A stretch of 64,000 bases of DNA, taken from contig NC_058368.1 of assembly GCF_018350175.1 (NCBI RefSeq), forward strand, positions 82,586,001-82,650,000, given 5' to 3'. Below, in pieces: positions 1-12,363 of the stretch. The translations under genes and the position numbers were made by a program. How positions within the stretch are numbered: position 1 is the stretch's first letter; the number at the start of each line of letters is the position of its first letter. The notes under the pieces are model-generated. The model was not told the DNA's origin. It saw only the letters and a list, made by a program, of their open reading frames with translations, and searched no databases. This DNA is from Felis catus (taxonomy: Eukaryota).

Positions 1-695
1 CCCGAGGCTCCAAACATGCCAGCCACAGACAGATGGGCCAGATGGCACTCTGACGCCCTCCCACGGGACCCCCAACTACTGCAGGTGTCGTCGGTAAAAA
101 CAAATGTGGGGCCCATGGGGCAGGCAGTGAGAGAACATGGTCTTGGCCAGGGTGTGTGTGCCCCGAGGTCTCACTGGGGTAACAGGGCAAGGACCCTGCA
201 CACAATGCGAGCTTGTGCGTGTGTCCGGGCATCTCCCAAGAGTCCTTGGCCCCCTCCTCTATGGGATCCGTGACCCTAAATGTCAAGAGCCTCACCCGCT
301 TAGACACGTGCACAGACATTCACACTCACCAAGCGTTGCAGGGTAGATGGAGCCCTGGATTCAGAGTGCAAGGTCTGAGTTCAGGCCCTAGCTCTGCCGA
401 CAGGCCTCGGACACACCTCTGCACTGTTTCCTCACCTGTATCGCCCTGGGTGAGACAGCACCCTCTTTGCCTAAAAGTCCCCCTGAGTAAGTATGGCTAT
501 TGACAAAAAGCCAAATTCATTACCTCTAGCATTTGCTTTACTGAGGATTTTAAGAACAATGTGCCAGAACCTCTAAAAACACTGTCATTGTGGGGAATCA
601 CCGACTTTGGGATTTCTGACTCATTTGTTTGAAAAACAAGGACCTGTCCTGGGTCAGAGTTACTACTTTGCGAAGACCAGGTGTCCATGCCTTAC

Positions 696-772
696 CGCGT
701 GGCCAGCTTGTGGCAGACGACGCCCGTGTCGGTGATGACCTCACTCAGCCTCAGCTCCAGGTGGACCTTGCC
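696..772 (-). CDS. RASA3: RASA3 coding exon 5 (77 nt), [25 protein letters not shown](R); C2A-C2B junction
   Basis: Minus strand reads cctttcag|GGCAAGGTC...GCCACGCG|gtaag. The peptide matches recalled RASA3 aa 125-150 and is in phase with exon 4. Confidence 0.97.
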
Positions 773-1959
773 CTGAAAGGCATAAGGACAGAGGGTCACG
801 AGGCGCTGGCCACGCGTAGGGAAGAGCTCTCCAGAGTCTCTGCTCATAAACGTGAAGCTGTGTCTGACCGCATGCAGCATCCACAGCACTGCCCCCACCC
901 CACTCAGATCCCAGGGCTCCAGATGAGGCACAGCTACCCCCGAGTTAAAGGGTCCAGCCCAACAGGCACATTGCACTCCCAGCTTTAAGGACAGCAGACC
1001 GCTGTTTCAGAAGAAAGAAGTCAAAAGGCACAAGGAACAGGTGCCAGAGAAAGCAGCCTCCCCAACATGTTTGCTTGCTTTTATCTGCGTCCCTTCATAC
1101 AACAGGTGCCTGCGTCAGACACCTGCCCCGTCGCCTCAGTACATGTGTATGTGTGTCTGTGTGTGTGTGGCCTGGACACCAGGCCAGGGGATCTCAGTCC
1201 TGTGCCCCAGGCAGGAAGTTAATGCCCATGGATGCTTCTGAAAGACAGGGGAGCAGAGGTGGCTGGAATTTTGAGAGCAAGACCAGTGCTGTGTTTCTGC
1301 CTGCATCTACGTCTCTGCCAACGTCGGCCCAGCTGGAGGACCCAACCAGGTTACCATCAGGGGTCAGGGGTCAGGAGAGGGAAGAGGAGAGGGGACTGCG
1401 AAGAAGAGAGGAGGCTGTTCCTAAGAAACATGCAACAGTAGCAAGTGTGACACACTGACATATTTCTAGGAGTACACACAACGTTAAAATTAACGCTCTT
1501 TTTAATTAGAAAAGGAGGCTGAGCTGGATAATCTCCAAGGTCCCTTCTGACTGAAACTTCTAGACTCTGCAACTTGGGGAGGGCCCTCTGAAGGCTGCCT
1601 TGTGCTAGAAGAATCCAGGGCCCCAGACTGACAGACGGATGGATGGATGGACTGGAGGAAAGCATGGGCAGGACTGCTCAGCAGCGCCCCTAGTGGCCTC
1701 CTGGGTTCTCCTGCAGCTGCGGAGACACCTGCACAGGGCCCTGCTTGCCCAGCGGCGTGGAGGCCAGCCTCCCAGGTCCTCTGGCTCACCCACGACACTG
1801 ACACGGGAGACCTGACGTGCCCCTGATGTGCCCCAGGCACTGCCCTTTCTGGCCCTTCCCTCACCTGCAGGACAAATGGTCTCAGGAAGGGGAAGTGATG
1901 GATGATCGGTCCAGAGCAGCATCACACCTGCGTGACCCTGGACAACATCCGGTGTCCAG

Positions 1960-3010
1960 GGCACTGACCCCGTATCTGCAGAGGCGCTGACGGGCTCCGG
2001 CCACGCACATAACTCCAGGAATACCTCCTGAGCACCGCGCTTCCCAAGGGGTCAATGGGCCCTTCCCAAAGCCCTGGGAGCTTCTGGCCCAGAGCGCCCC
2101 TCCCATGACAAGCGTGCACACAGCAGGCTCCAGGACGCACACCACCCCATCCACCCAGCCTGGGAGGGGTGGGCCTCGGTGCCGCCGGCTCTGCAGGTGC
2201 GGCAAACGCACGCCCACGCTGCCAGCAGTGACCCTGGCGGGCCGCATCCTGCAGCTCCCTTGCGTGGAGCTGGGTCAGGCTCCGGGCTCCCCGCCGGCGC
2301 CCTGAGGCAGGCGCTGCCATCTGCCAAGGTGAGGGTGCGAGGCGCAGGCCGCCCACTCCTCCTCGTCGCCCACGCCCCTTCGTCGCGCACGTCCCCCTCC
2401 CCCGCACGCCACCCCTGAGCCCCTCGTCGCGCACATCATCCACGCCCCCTCGCCCCGCACGCCGCCCACGCCCCCCTCGCCCCCCCCCGCCTCGTCGCCC
2501 ACGCCCCCCTCGCCACCCTTCAAACCCGACCACTCAGCAAATGCTCCACCTGAGCGAGCAGAGGAAGGATGTACCCCTAACAGGCTGCTCCCGGTTGACG
2601 CCCTCAACCTGCATTCCCAGCCGCGAAACCTTAAAGTCGCCACGGCCGTTCGGGGATCACGTCACTACTTCTGAGAGGCTTCTGACAAGTGGGGACGTGT
2701 CCGGGCTGAGACAACCCCACCAATGACGACCCACAGCCCCATTTCCGGTTTGTCCCAGAAGAGGACCCGCACATCCACACGGCGGGCCCCGCTGCTCCGC
2801 TGCTGAGCTTCCTCTCCAGGGGGTGCACCTCCGCACCGAGGGGGGCAGACGCTGAGAGGAACACCTCCCCAGCGAGGGGGCAGATTTTGAGGGGAGCACC
2901 TCCCCAGCATGGGGGCAGATGCTGAGGGGAGCACCTTCCCACTGAGAGGGTAGATGCTGTTGGCTAACGCATGCTGCCACCACATTCGGGAGACTAGGGA
3001 GAGGACGGGT
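1960..3010. promoter_or_regulatory. Intragenic CpG-island-like region in intron 4
   Basis: Visibly high GC and CpG density, including a C-rich low-complexity block at 2350-2520; obs/exp CpG was not computed. Confidence 0.6.
2825..2959 (+). repeat. 35-bp minisatellite, about 4 copies
   Basis: Unit gcacctccccagcatgggggcagatgctgagggga, starting at about 2825, 2861, 2896 and 2931. Confidence 0.85.
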
Positions 3011-3705
3011 CGAAGTTACACAAAACAGTACAAACTCAGAACATCACTGAAAGGACTCCTCCCCCCTCCTCCCAAAGTTAACGCAATAAATCTGCAGTTC
3101 AGAAGTTCACATCCGAAGCCAGACACAGGTTAAGGGTGTGCCCCGTGCCCTGTGGGTGACACACCACCGCCCTCACAAACAACCCGACCACAAACACCTA
3201 CACGCAGGGGCACGGGGGCGCCACACCCTCCACCCCCCCCCGGACAGACAGGAAGTGTGGGTTCTCCAGCTCGCCTCTGCACAGCATTTGACACCCACTA
3301 AACGCCACCCCGCCCTCGAAGAATCTGACCCTGGGCTTGTTTTGATCTCAGCAGAGGCTCCCCCCTTAGAGGCCTAGTCACAGGCCCCACGTGCTGAGCC
3401 GAGGGCAGGAGGTGGGGCCCGGCTGGGCAGGCCCCCTGAGGACTCCGCCCAAGGGCCCTGCATCCATGAGGAGAAAAGCCTTGGAGCAGCGCGTTACAAA
3501 ATGCTGACTGCATAGCTTTTCCCATTTTTATTCAACGTGAACGGTGATAGTAAGAAGTTTAAAAAGCAACTGGGAGATGAACACCCGGACCTGCGGCCCA
3601 GCCGCTGCCCATAAACACCCTGTCCGGCTGCAGAGAGGGACCCATCCACATCAGGACCCACCAGGGCGGCCAGTCCTGGGCCATAAATCACACAATGTCT
3701 GCTCT

Positions 3706-4410
3706 TGGATCGGAACTTGAAATACAAATCACTATCAGAAAGACAGCTTAAAAATCCCCAAATATTTGAAGATTGAACAGCATACTTCCAAATAACAGAC
3801 CAAAGAAAAAGTCTCAAGAGCAACTGAGAGATATTTGATTTTATTTCTTTTCATAAGTGAAAATGAAAATAAAACTTATCACAATGTGTGGGATACAGTG
3901 AAAGCAGTGCTTGCTGGGAAATTTATAGCAGTGACTGCACACATTCGAGACAAAAGATCTAACCTCAATAATCTAAGGAAACTGGAAAGAGAAGAGCAAG
4001 AGCAGAAATCAACAAAACTGAAAACAGAAAATCAATAGAAAAAAATCAACAAAACCAAAAGCTGTTTTTGTTCGTTTGTTTGTTTTTTAACGATCAATAA
4101 AACTGATTAAACCTCTAGCTAGGGGGCGCCTGGGTGGCACAGTCTGTTAAGCGTCCGACTTCAGCCAGGTCACGATCTCGCGGTCCATGAGTTCGAGCCC
4201 CGCGTCAGGCTCTGGGCTGATGGCTCAGAGCCTGGAGCCTGTTTCCAATTCTGTGTCTCCCTCTCTCTCTGCCCCTCCCCCGTTCATGCTCTGTCTCTCT
4301 CTGTCCCAAATAAATAAACGTTGAAAAAAAAATTTTTTTAAAAACCTCTAGCTAGGCTAAGAAAATAGAAAACACAAATTACTAATAACAGAATGAAAGA
4401 GGGGCCATCG
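3706..4410 (+). mobile_element. Old L1 ORF2 fragment, interrupted by a SINE
   Basis: ORF 3835-4038 gives NENKTYHNVWDTVKAVLAGKFIA, a typical L1 ORF2 motif; A-rich composition. Confidence 0.85.
4123..4341 (+). mobile_element. Young felid Can-SINE
   Basis: GGGGCGCCTGGGTGG head, (CT)n tract and A tail; perfect TSD aaacctctagctagg at 4109-4123 and 4342-4356. Confidence 0.97.
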
Positions 4411-7400
4411 CTGGTGCTGCCGCGAAGCCATCCTGTGGGTTTTGAACCGGCGGCTCCGGGGGCACCTTTGTCACACCAGTGGAACTCAGGACAAAGAATG
4501 ACCCTCTGTGAACGGAGGATAAGAATCTCTCGTATTGTTACACTCTAGCTCCTGGAGGCAGCCAATGCGCCACAAGGATACTAATAATAGAGGCCTAGTG
4601 GGGCAAGGACACGGGAGTCCCTTCTACTTTCTGGTCAGTTTTCTGCGAACATAAAATTGAAAAAGTTTATCACCTAAGAAAGAAAATCACAGTGGTTCCC
4701 ACACATTTTTCTCAGGAAAGCATCAGATCCCTGGCCTGGAGAGAGGGCCTCGACCACGGGCTGCGATGACAGCAACAGACTGCACCCTCCCGGTCAAGCC
4801 CCGGTCCGCACGCCTGGAGGCCGGGCCCAGAGTCAGCGCACAGGAGGGCCCCTGGTCACCAAGCACTCGGACCTTGGTGGCGCTGAGAGCAGGTGAGACT
4901 CCCGTGAACACAGAAGCCAAGGACCAGTCAGAAACGGCACGTGGAGGCCAGTCCTTGCCTCCCTCGCTTCCCCAAACCCACAGGAAGATTCAGAGCTGGG
5001 CCCTCAATGCAGACAGCTGCTGGCTCTTGGCAAGTCCTTCAAGCAGGGTTGTCTGACACAGAGGATAGACGAAATTCCTGGGGTTTCCAGCCACGCTAAA
5101 GGTGCTGGAAGACGGCCAGGGTTTGCTGTCAGAGTTTTCTGGATGCACACTTCAACGGCAAGTCTGCTGAGACCACAGAGCACGTGGCAGAGCTCAGTGG
5201 CAGCTGGGTGTCCTTGGAGGAGCTGGGGAAGGGTCCCTGTGCCCGCTCAGGTGATGGATGGGGACCGACTCCCTCCCCTTGCAATACGGAGAAGCACCCG
5301 TCCCTGCCAACCGTGTGGTTCTGATCCTCTCACCCAGGGTCAGGGAAAGAACAGAGCAACTAATTCTTGTGAATAAAGTGATTTTCCAGAGACTTTAACA
5401 AACATCAGTTCCAGAAGGAATCAAGAAATTTTTAATTGCCTTTTCCCCCATTACTTTGATTCCTTGATCTCTTGTTGGCCCCAGTTTTCTGGCACTTTCT
5501 TTCTGACGCATGCCTTTACATATGAATTGCAGAACCGATGGATTCAAGAAACCATATACCATCCTCTACCCTTCTAAAAATCGTAAATGAGACATTTCAG
5601 GATGAAACAGCTGTAGGCAAAAGATTGTGCTGCACTTTTACGGGCCAGTTTGAATGTAGGAACCACTGCTCCCTCCACAGTTATGACCGCTTCCTAGGCA
5701 GGTACTCTGAGATCGAAGTACCCTAAATAAAACCCTCAGCACAGGGCCTGGACCTTGGCGGGCACTCAATACACACAGTCCTTCCTCTGTCTCCCCAGTA
5801 CCAGCAATACCCATTTGCTGCTCGTAACGCTGATTCCTAGGAAGCTGGCCCAGCTACAGGCACACCCCATCTGGAGGGTGTAAGGGTCGGGCTCAGGAGG
5901 ACAAGGTCCTGGTCCACAGGCACATGAAAGGCACCAGTTATGAAACAGTCTGGATGCTCCACACAGCACAATACAATCAACACACACACCGCATTTATAA
6001 GGTTTGTGGTGACGGAGTGGTTCTGGACCCTGACTGTGGCGGTGGTTGCACAGACTTCCACACACGATGAAATGCACGGGATACATATGTGATTTGCACG
6101 TGCACGCACACACTGTACGTGTGCAGACATGTAAAAGCGGTGAGATCTGAGGTCTGTGCACTGCAGAATGTCCGTGTCCCGGCTGTGGCCAGTTACGCGG
6201 GATGTTGCCATGAGGAAAATGGCATGAAGGAACACAGGCCTTTCTTCACTTGGTTTTGTCTTTAAGGATAAATAGGAGAGCACACAGTTTGCTAATCATC
6301 ATTGCCTGTGTTTGCCTGTGTACTATTTTCTGGGACTGTCTATGAATCTGTAAGCATTTCAAAATCAAAAGTTAAGTTTAAAAACAAGGGGAGAAAAAAG
6401 AAAAGCTACACTTGACAATGAAGTCAGACTTAAACCAGGGCTGGCCCAGTGTGAAGAATGCAGTGAAGACACATCGTGGCCGGCTGCTGGCGGAGGAGTC
6501 CTCGTCACCGCCACAGCCTGTTCCACTGCTGAACAAAAGTCATGGGGAAACCGCCAAATCAAAAGGCAGGAATGGCACGTGGCCCTGTAGCCTTCCGTCT
6601 GCTGACGGAAGCACCAGGGCGGCCCGTGTGCTCCTGGTGTTAATTAGCTCATTGTCACTGCTACAGCTGCTCTTGGAATCTGGGCACACACGGGGATTCT
6701 GCAGTAGCTGTGTGTCTACTGATTTCTGCGGCACGTGTGGGCCCCTTGGCCAGAATTCAGTGTAAGCCACTGAGACAACATCTTTCTTGGGCTCAGCTCC
6801 TCAACCCTTCCCTCCCCCTGCCTCTTTCTCCAAGTCTGTGGATTGATTGCAGGGGCCACCAGGGGCCCCACAGCACACGGAAACTGGACGCTCTGCCTTC
6901 ACCCTCACAGCTCAACCAAGGCTGAGGGTCTACAAGGAAGTGTGGGGACAAGCAGCCAGCCAGGCCCCCAAATGCCGGGCCAGGTGCCTATGGGTGAGAT
7001 GTGCCGGGCAGAGCGGGGTCCTCAGCAGCTACCTACTTTGGGGATTCTGTCCGAGGGACCACCTTGCCGCACATCAGGTCCCATCCAGTATTCACAGAAC
7101 CCCATTTTACATATGAGGAAACGAGGCTTGCTGGGGGCCCCGCCGACATATTTCACTGGTGGATGGGGGCACTGGGCTTGGAGCCAGGCCTGCCTATGCC
7201 AGACCCTGTGCTGGCTCCCATATCTTGGCCAAGCCCTGGCGACTCCCAGGACCACTGACAACAGTGCTCCCGTGTCCTGGTGTCGTGGCGGTGCGCTATC
7301 CTCCCGCTTGTGGATTGCAGACACCAGCGCGGGCTTAGGAGCTCAGCTGGAAGCCACACAAGCAAGGTCGAGGGAGAAGTGAGGCTGTGGGCCACCCTGC

Positions 7401-7943
7401 CAGCGTGTGGTCCCAGATGCTTGGTGTGGGCATGGGCAGTGCCCCATCACAGTGACGGGAGGGTTGGGAACTGGAACCCCACAGCCTCCCCAATGCCGGG
7501 GCAGGGGGTCAGTCCCTGATGACACATGGCCGAGAAGAGCCCAGGGGACGCTTCAGACGACAGGAAACTCGGTGACTGGTCACTTCCCTTCTCTCCAAAC
7601 CCTCCTTTGCTACATGTGGGAGCTGGAAATGCACGCGGGCCCTTCTGGCAACTGGGACCCGCAGTGCGAGGCTGTGTGTTCGCTCCTGCCCCAGCTTTGC
7701 TTTTGCTTGCCCATATTTTCTGTTCACCTTCAGTTCTGTGTAATTACTGTCCTTTCCAATTTTATGCTTCACACATGTCAAAGTGCGACAATAACCGAAA
7801 GAATGAACACGGTGAACAGACCTAGGCGCATTGTGGATAAGAGGACACGCTTGCTAACCATCGCTCCCTGTTAGGATCCCAGTCCTGCATCTGTCTCTGC
7901 AGCCACCCCGCAGCCCCTCCCACAGGCCCCACCGAGGCCTCAC

Positions 7944-8038
7944 CTGCACTTCAGAGTCTGCATCCACGTGCTGCAGCTGGAACCACGTGTCCCTGTTGTG
8001 GTACTTGGGCAGGTCCTCCTTCTGGATGGCCACCTTCC
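7944..8038 (-). CDS. RASA3: RASA3 coding exon 4 (95 nt), (G)[31 protein letters not shown]
   Basis: Minus strand reads tgtgttgtag|GGAAGGTGG...GAAGTGCAG|gtgag. The peptide matches the RASA3 C2A C-terminal part; phase 1 to phase 0. Confidence 0.97.
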
Positions 8039-10441
8039 CTACAACACACACGCAGAAGAAAAGCAGTCACACGAGGGGACAAACCCCCGAAACAATAAGC
8101 GGGGCTCTCCACCACCACCGCCAGGCTTTGCAGCGGCATCGTCCAGAACAGGTAACTAGGTAAACCAATAACACCATGCTGTCTTCCTTCCAGCGGGTCA
8201 GTACATGCCACATTTCCTCCAGAAAGCCTCACATGGGACCTGGCTGGGGCTACCCATTCTGCTCCTTGATTCGAGGTTTTAGGAGAAGAAAAGCCTGCCC
8301 ATCTGTCTGGTCCCAGGGAGCTCAGAACAGGCTGCCTCAGAATAGGCCGCTCTGAGCTGGAGGCAAGTGAGTGAGCTGGAGGCAGGTGCAGGAAGAAGCC
8401 GTCCCAGAGCTCCTTTGGCTGCCTGCCCCCCGCAGCCCAGGAAACGTCTGAGGAGCAGGGGCTGCCGTGGACCCTCGCCCAGGAGGTGTTATGGTGAGGA
8501 GGTCAGAGGGGTGCCCCCAGGATGGTCCTGCACAAACAGCCCTAACTCCACTAACCCCCATGTGCTCGCCTCCCAGTCTGCCACCCTTGGAGGCCCAAAC
8601 TCTTTCCCCCTCGTCTGGTCGCTGCTCTGGACACAGACCATCCAGCCTGCTCTTGGAGTAAGCCGTCACTGAGGTGTCCCCTGCGTGACATATGCCACAG
8701 GTGTTAACTCTCTTGTTAAACTCTCTGTGAGACCAGTGTCACAGGGAGAACCTCGGTGGGCAGAGAGAAAGGTTTCCTCCAACCTGGGACTCCAGACCCC
8801 ATGAGACTTACCCACTGGGCACAGAGGGGTACTTGGAAGGCAACATACGTGCCAAGAAGCCTGTCCAAGTGCCAGAGGGCTGGGACCTGGGGACTTGGGA
8901 CAACTGACTCCCACCATTGCTGCCTTCAGCCGCCATGCACCTGTCCATTGGCCATTCATCATTTCGGCCTATTTGTGTGGCTCCATATTCCCAAAGAGAA
9001 GGTCACAGCACCTCGCACCTCCCAGCCGGAAAACAGCCCTGGGAAAGACCCTGGAATCATGCCACTGGGCTCACTGGCACAGCCAGCACCAGTGTCCCCC
9101 CGCCCCCCGAGAAGCAGATGCAGTGGCAATGCCACTGACTACCTGGACCCCACCGGTTCAGCTCTCACCTGGAGTACCCTGCACAGCCACAGACCGCACG
9201 ACATATCAAAGCCACTGCTGGCAGTTGACAGGTGGCCACGGAAGGGAGAAGACAGACAGCGAGAGGCAGGTGCAGAGCCAGAGACATGCAGCACACAAAG
9301 GCGCCACAGAAATGCAACAGAAGCCCAACTTACAGGCCACGTGGGATCCCCTCCAGCAGCATCGTCATGGGGCAGGATGGCTCCCTCGGGACCCCCACTC
9401 CTTCCCCACCTCGGTCCTCCCCACCCCCAGCACCTGGCCTGCTGGGTCTCGGGCCTCCGACCACCCCCCACCACCCCCACACATGGCCACCAGGCAGACT
9501 GGAGAGAAAACACCATCCTTCCTCTCTGCAGCTCCTGCAGACCGATCCCTTTTCCTCGCCACGGGAATGTGATTCTGAGTCCATGGAATAAAGCCATGTG
9601 AAAACAATTCTTGGAATTGAATTGAGCAATATATTTCATTGAAAAAAAATAAACCTTCAGACTGTGATTAGTGCAGCTGGATGGGAGGGTTACGTGTGAG
9701 GTTTGAAATTTTAAGTAACTGCAATGTTTTTATGAGCTTTAGTCGGAACAGGGAAGAGCCGCGTCTTTAATGCTTATGTGAACCCTACAGCTTACACATC
9801 CAGGCTTACACAGTATACTAATGTGCCCTTTTTAAACGCATATATTAGAGTTTCTAAGTGCTGTTTGGAGACAATACCTAACCTACAAACTATAATATCT
9901 ACTTAAATGTGTCCCCATCTATCTGAGTGACAGCAAAAGGTCACTGAGCCACTCTGGGCCTCACTGTCTCACAGTGGTGGTGCTGCCTGCCTTAACACAG
10001 TAAAAAGCCCAGGCTTATTTCCTCTCTGGGGTGCTACACCTGTGAGGGTCTGTTCAGAAGACAGCATATGTCAGGTGGCACAAGAGGGCAGGTGACGTGG
10101 AGAACCTGGTACAGAGGGTGAGAGGACGTGGGGGAAGGTGGATACAGAAACCTGCAGGAAGATTAAGCTGACTTAATGAGGGACAGACAGATGCTTCCTG
10201 AAATGAGCCGGCGGCAGGGATGCTGCTCGTATCACTCTAGTTCACCCCGGCGTCCTAGCTAGTGCACGGAGGCAAGAAAAAGAAGCAAGGGCACGTACCC
10301 TAGAAAGGAAGAAATGTTTGAAGAATCTATAGGAAAAGATAGTAGAACAGGTGTGTTCAGCAAAACCACAGAATGCAAAGTAATACATAAAGATCAATTG
10401 TACTTGTGCATGCAAGCAATGAGAACAAAAAGTGAAATAAA

Positions 10442-10640
10442 GGGGCACCTGGGTGGCTCAGTTGGCTAAATGTCTGACTCTTGATTTTGGCTCAGGTCAT
10501 GATCTCAGGGCTGTGAGATCGAGCCCCACATGGGGCTCTGCACTAACAATGTGGAGTCTGCTTAATATTCTCTCTCTCCCTCTGCTCCTCCACTCACACA
10601 CTCGTGCCCTCTTGGTCTCTCTCTCTCTCTCAAAAAAGAA
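10442..10640 (+). mobile_element. Older Can-SINE
   Basis: ggggcacctgggtggctcag head with cttgattttggctcagg; flanked by tgaaataaa repeats. Confidence 0.93.
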
Positions 10641-10761
10641 TTGAAATAAAAAAAAAACAGTACCATTCACAAAATGATGCTTTTATGGCTTGTGCCTCTG
10701 GTGTGCTACCTAAGAAATCTTTGTCTACTCCATCAAAACCATAAAATACATAAGGATAAAT

Positions 10762-10800
10762 ACACACACACACACACACATATGTGTGTGTGTGTGTGTA
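10762..10800. repeat. (CA)n-TA-(TG)n palindromic microsatellite
   Basis: Perfect 36-bp palindrome at 10764-10799, centred on CATATG. Confidence 0.95.
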
Positions 10801-11905
10801 TATTTATACATATGATGCGTAAACTGAAAACCTATCACAAACGCTGATGAGAGAGATTAAGAGAAGACCAAGCATGTGCCTTATTAGAGGGTCCAAAGAG
10901 ATGCTAAGATGTTAATTCTCCTCCAAATTAATCTACACACCTACACAATCTCAGTGGTGTTGGAAATTGAGAAGTGGATTAAAAAATGTGAGTCACAACT
11001 CGAAGGGCCTAGAACAGCAAAACAAGTTTGGAAAAGAACAGTTGACACGCCCACACCACTGACTTGAGACTGGATTTGAGGCTACAGGCGCCGAGACAGC
11101 GGGCACCAGGGCCAGGCAAGGATCACAGACCAACGGACCAGGACAGAGGACCAGAAACAGACCCGTGCATATGAAGTTGGTGGTTTTCAGGAAGGCATCA
11201 GGGTAACTCAATGGATAAACCATTGCTGGATGGTCCTTCAGCAAACAAGGGTGCCACAACCCGACATTTACGAGAAAAAAAATGAACTTTGTGCCACGTG
11301 TGCAATTCACCTGGAATAGATATAAATGTAGGAGCTAAAACCATAAGCTTTCTACAAAAAAGAAGGAGAAGGATGAGGAGGAAATCTTCACAGCCCTAGA
11401 GTAGGCAAAGATTTCTTAGATATGACATCAAAAATATAAACAATTAAAGAAAGAATTTTGACTAATTGGACTTCATCAAAATTAAAAACTTCTGGCCTTC
11501 AAGAGACACTGGTAAGAAAATGAACAAAGGGAAGAAAATATTTGTAAAACAAATGATCCAATGAAGCACTTGTATCCAGAATACACAAAAAACTTTAACA
11601 ACTCTGTAATAAAACAACCCAGTTAAAAGGGCAAAAGATTTGGACAATTCACCAAAGAAGAGATACAGATGGTAGACGTATGAAAATATGCCTCATTCTT
11701 CATCATGAAAATGCAGTAAAAACCGCAGTGAGATCCTACACACATATTAGAATGACAAAAATGGGTTAAAAATTAAAAGTGCCAACTCTGAGTGTGTGGA
11801 GAGGCTGTGTGGTTCCTGGGGCTCTCACGCAGCTGCGGAGAATTCAAGATGGCACAGTCATGGAGGAGCACAGTGTGGCAGTCTCTACCAGGGGCAGACA
11901 CACAC

Positions 11906-12363
11906 CACAGCGGAGGGGGAACCTTTTTCCTCCTACCCTTCTAGGTTCTCTAGGGCTCTGCAACAGAGGAAAGATGAACAAGAGAACAACAAACAGAAGT
12001 TTACCAACATGTCTCTCAGATCTACATGGGGGAAACTCAGCAGTGCACAGGGACTTGTGCTAATGCAACATCTTAACCTGAAACAATGACAAATTTCAGA
12101 GAAGAGACACCAAGGAGAGGCCTTCAGGTTTCCAGGGCACAAGGGGTGAGTAGAGAGAAGGGTGTCACGTAGACCCCTCTGGTGTCACCTTGAGGCTAAC
12201 TCTAGGGTCATCTCGGTGATTAACTTCTGGCCAAGTTCATGTCCTACTTTTAGGGCAGGCTGGAGATCTTTTCTTGTGCCTGCTTATTCTCAACTGCCTT
12301 CAGCTCAAAGTAATCCTTATGCCAAAGTGTGTATTTGGGGATGGCAAATTCTGCCATCTTTCA
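11906..12363 (-). mobile_element. Solo ERV1 LTR, MER34-like
   Basis: Minus strand begins TGAAAGATGGCAGAATTTGCCATCCCCAAATACACACTTTGGCATAAGGATTACTTTGAGCTGAAGGC, matching the recalled MER34 5' end; 4-bp TSD ACAC at 11902-11905 and 12364-12367. Confidence 0.8.

Noticed and set aside
1922..2533. 203-aa RGG-rich ORF resembling an RNA-binding protein
   Set aside because: Arises from the G-rich low-complexity repeat; no folded domain or gene structure.
4123..4205. tRNA-like A/B boxes here and at the other SINE heads
   Set aside because: These are the tRNA-derived heads of Can-SINEs, followed by CT tracts, A tails and TSDs; they are not tRNA genes.
8756..9601. 281-aa and overlapping ORFs
   Set aside because: Several frames on both strands are open because stops are rare at high GC; no homology recognised.
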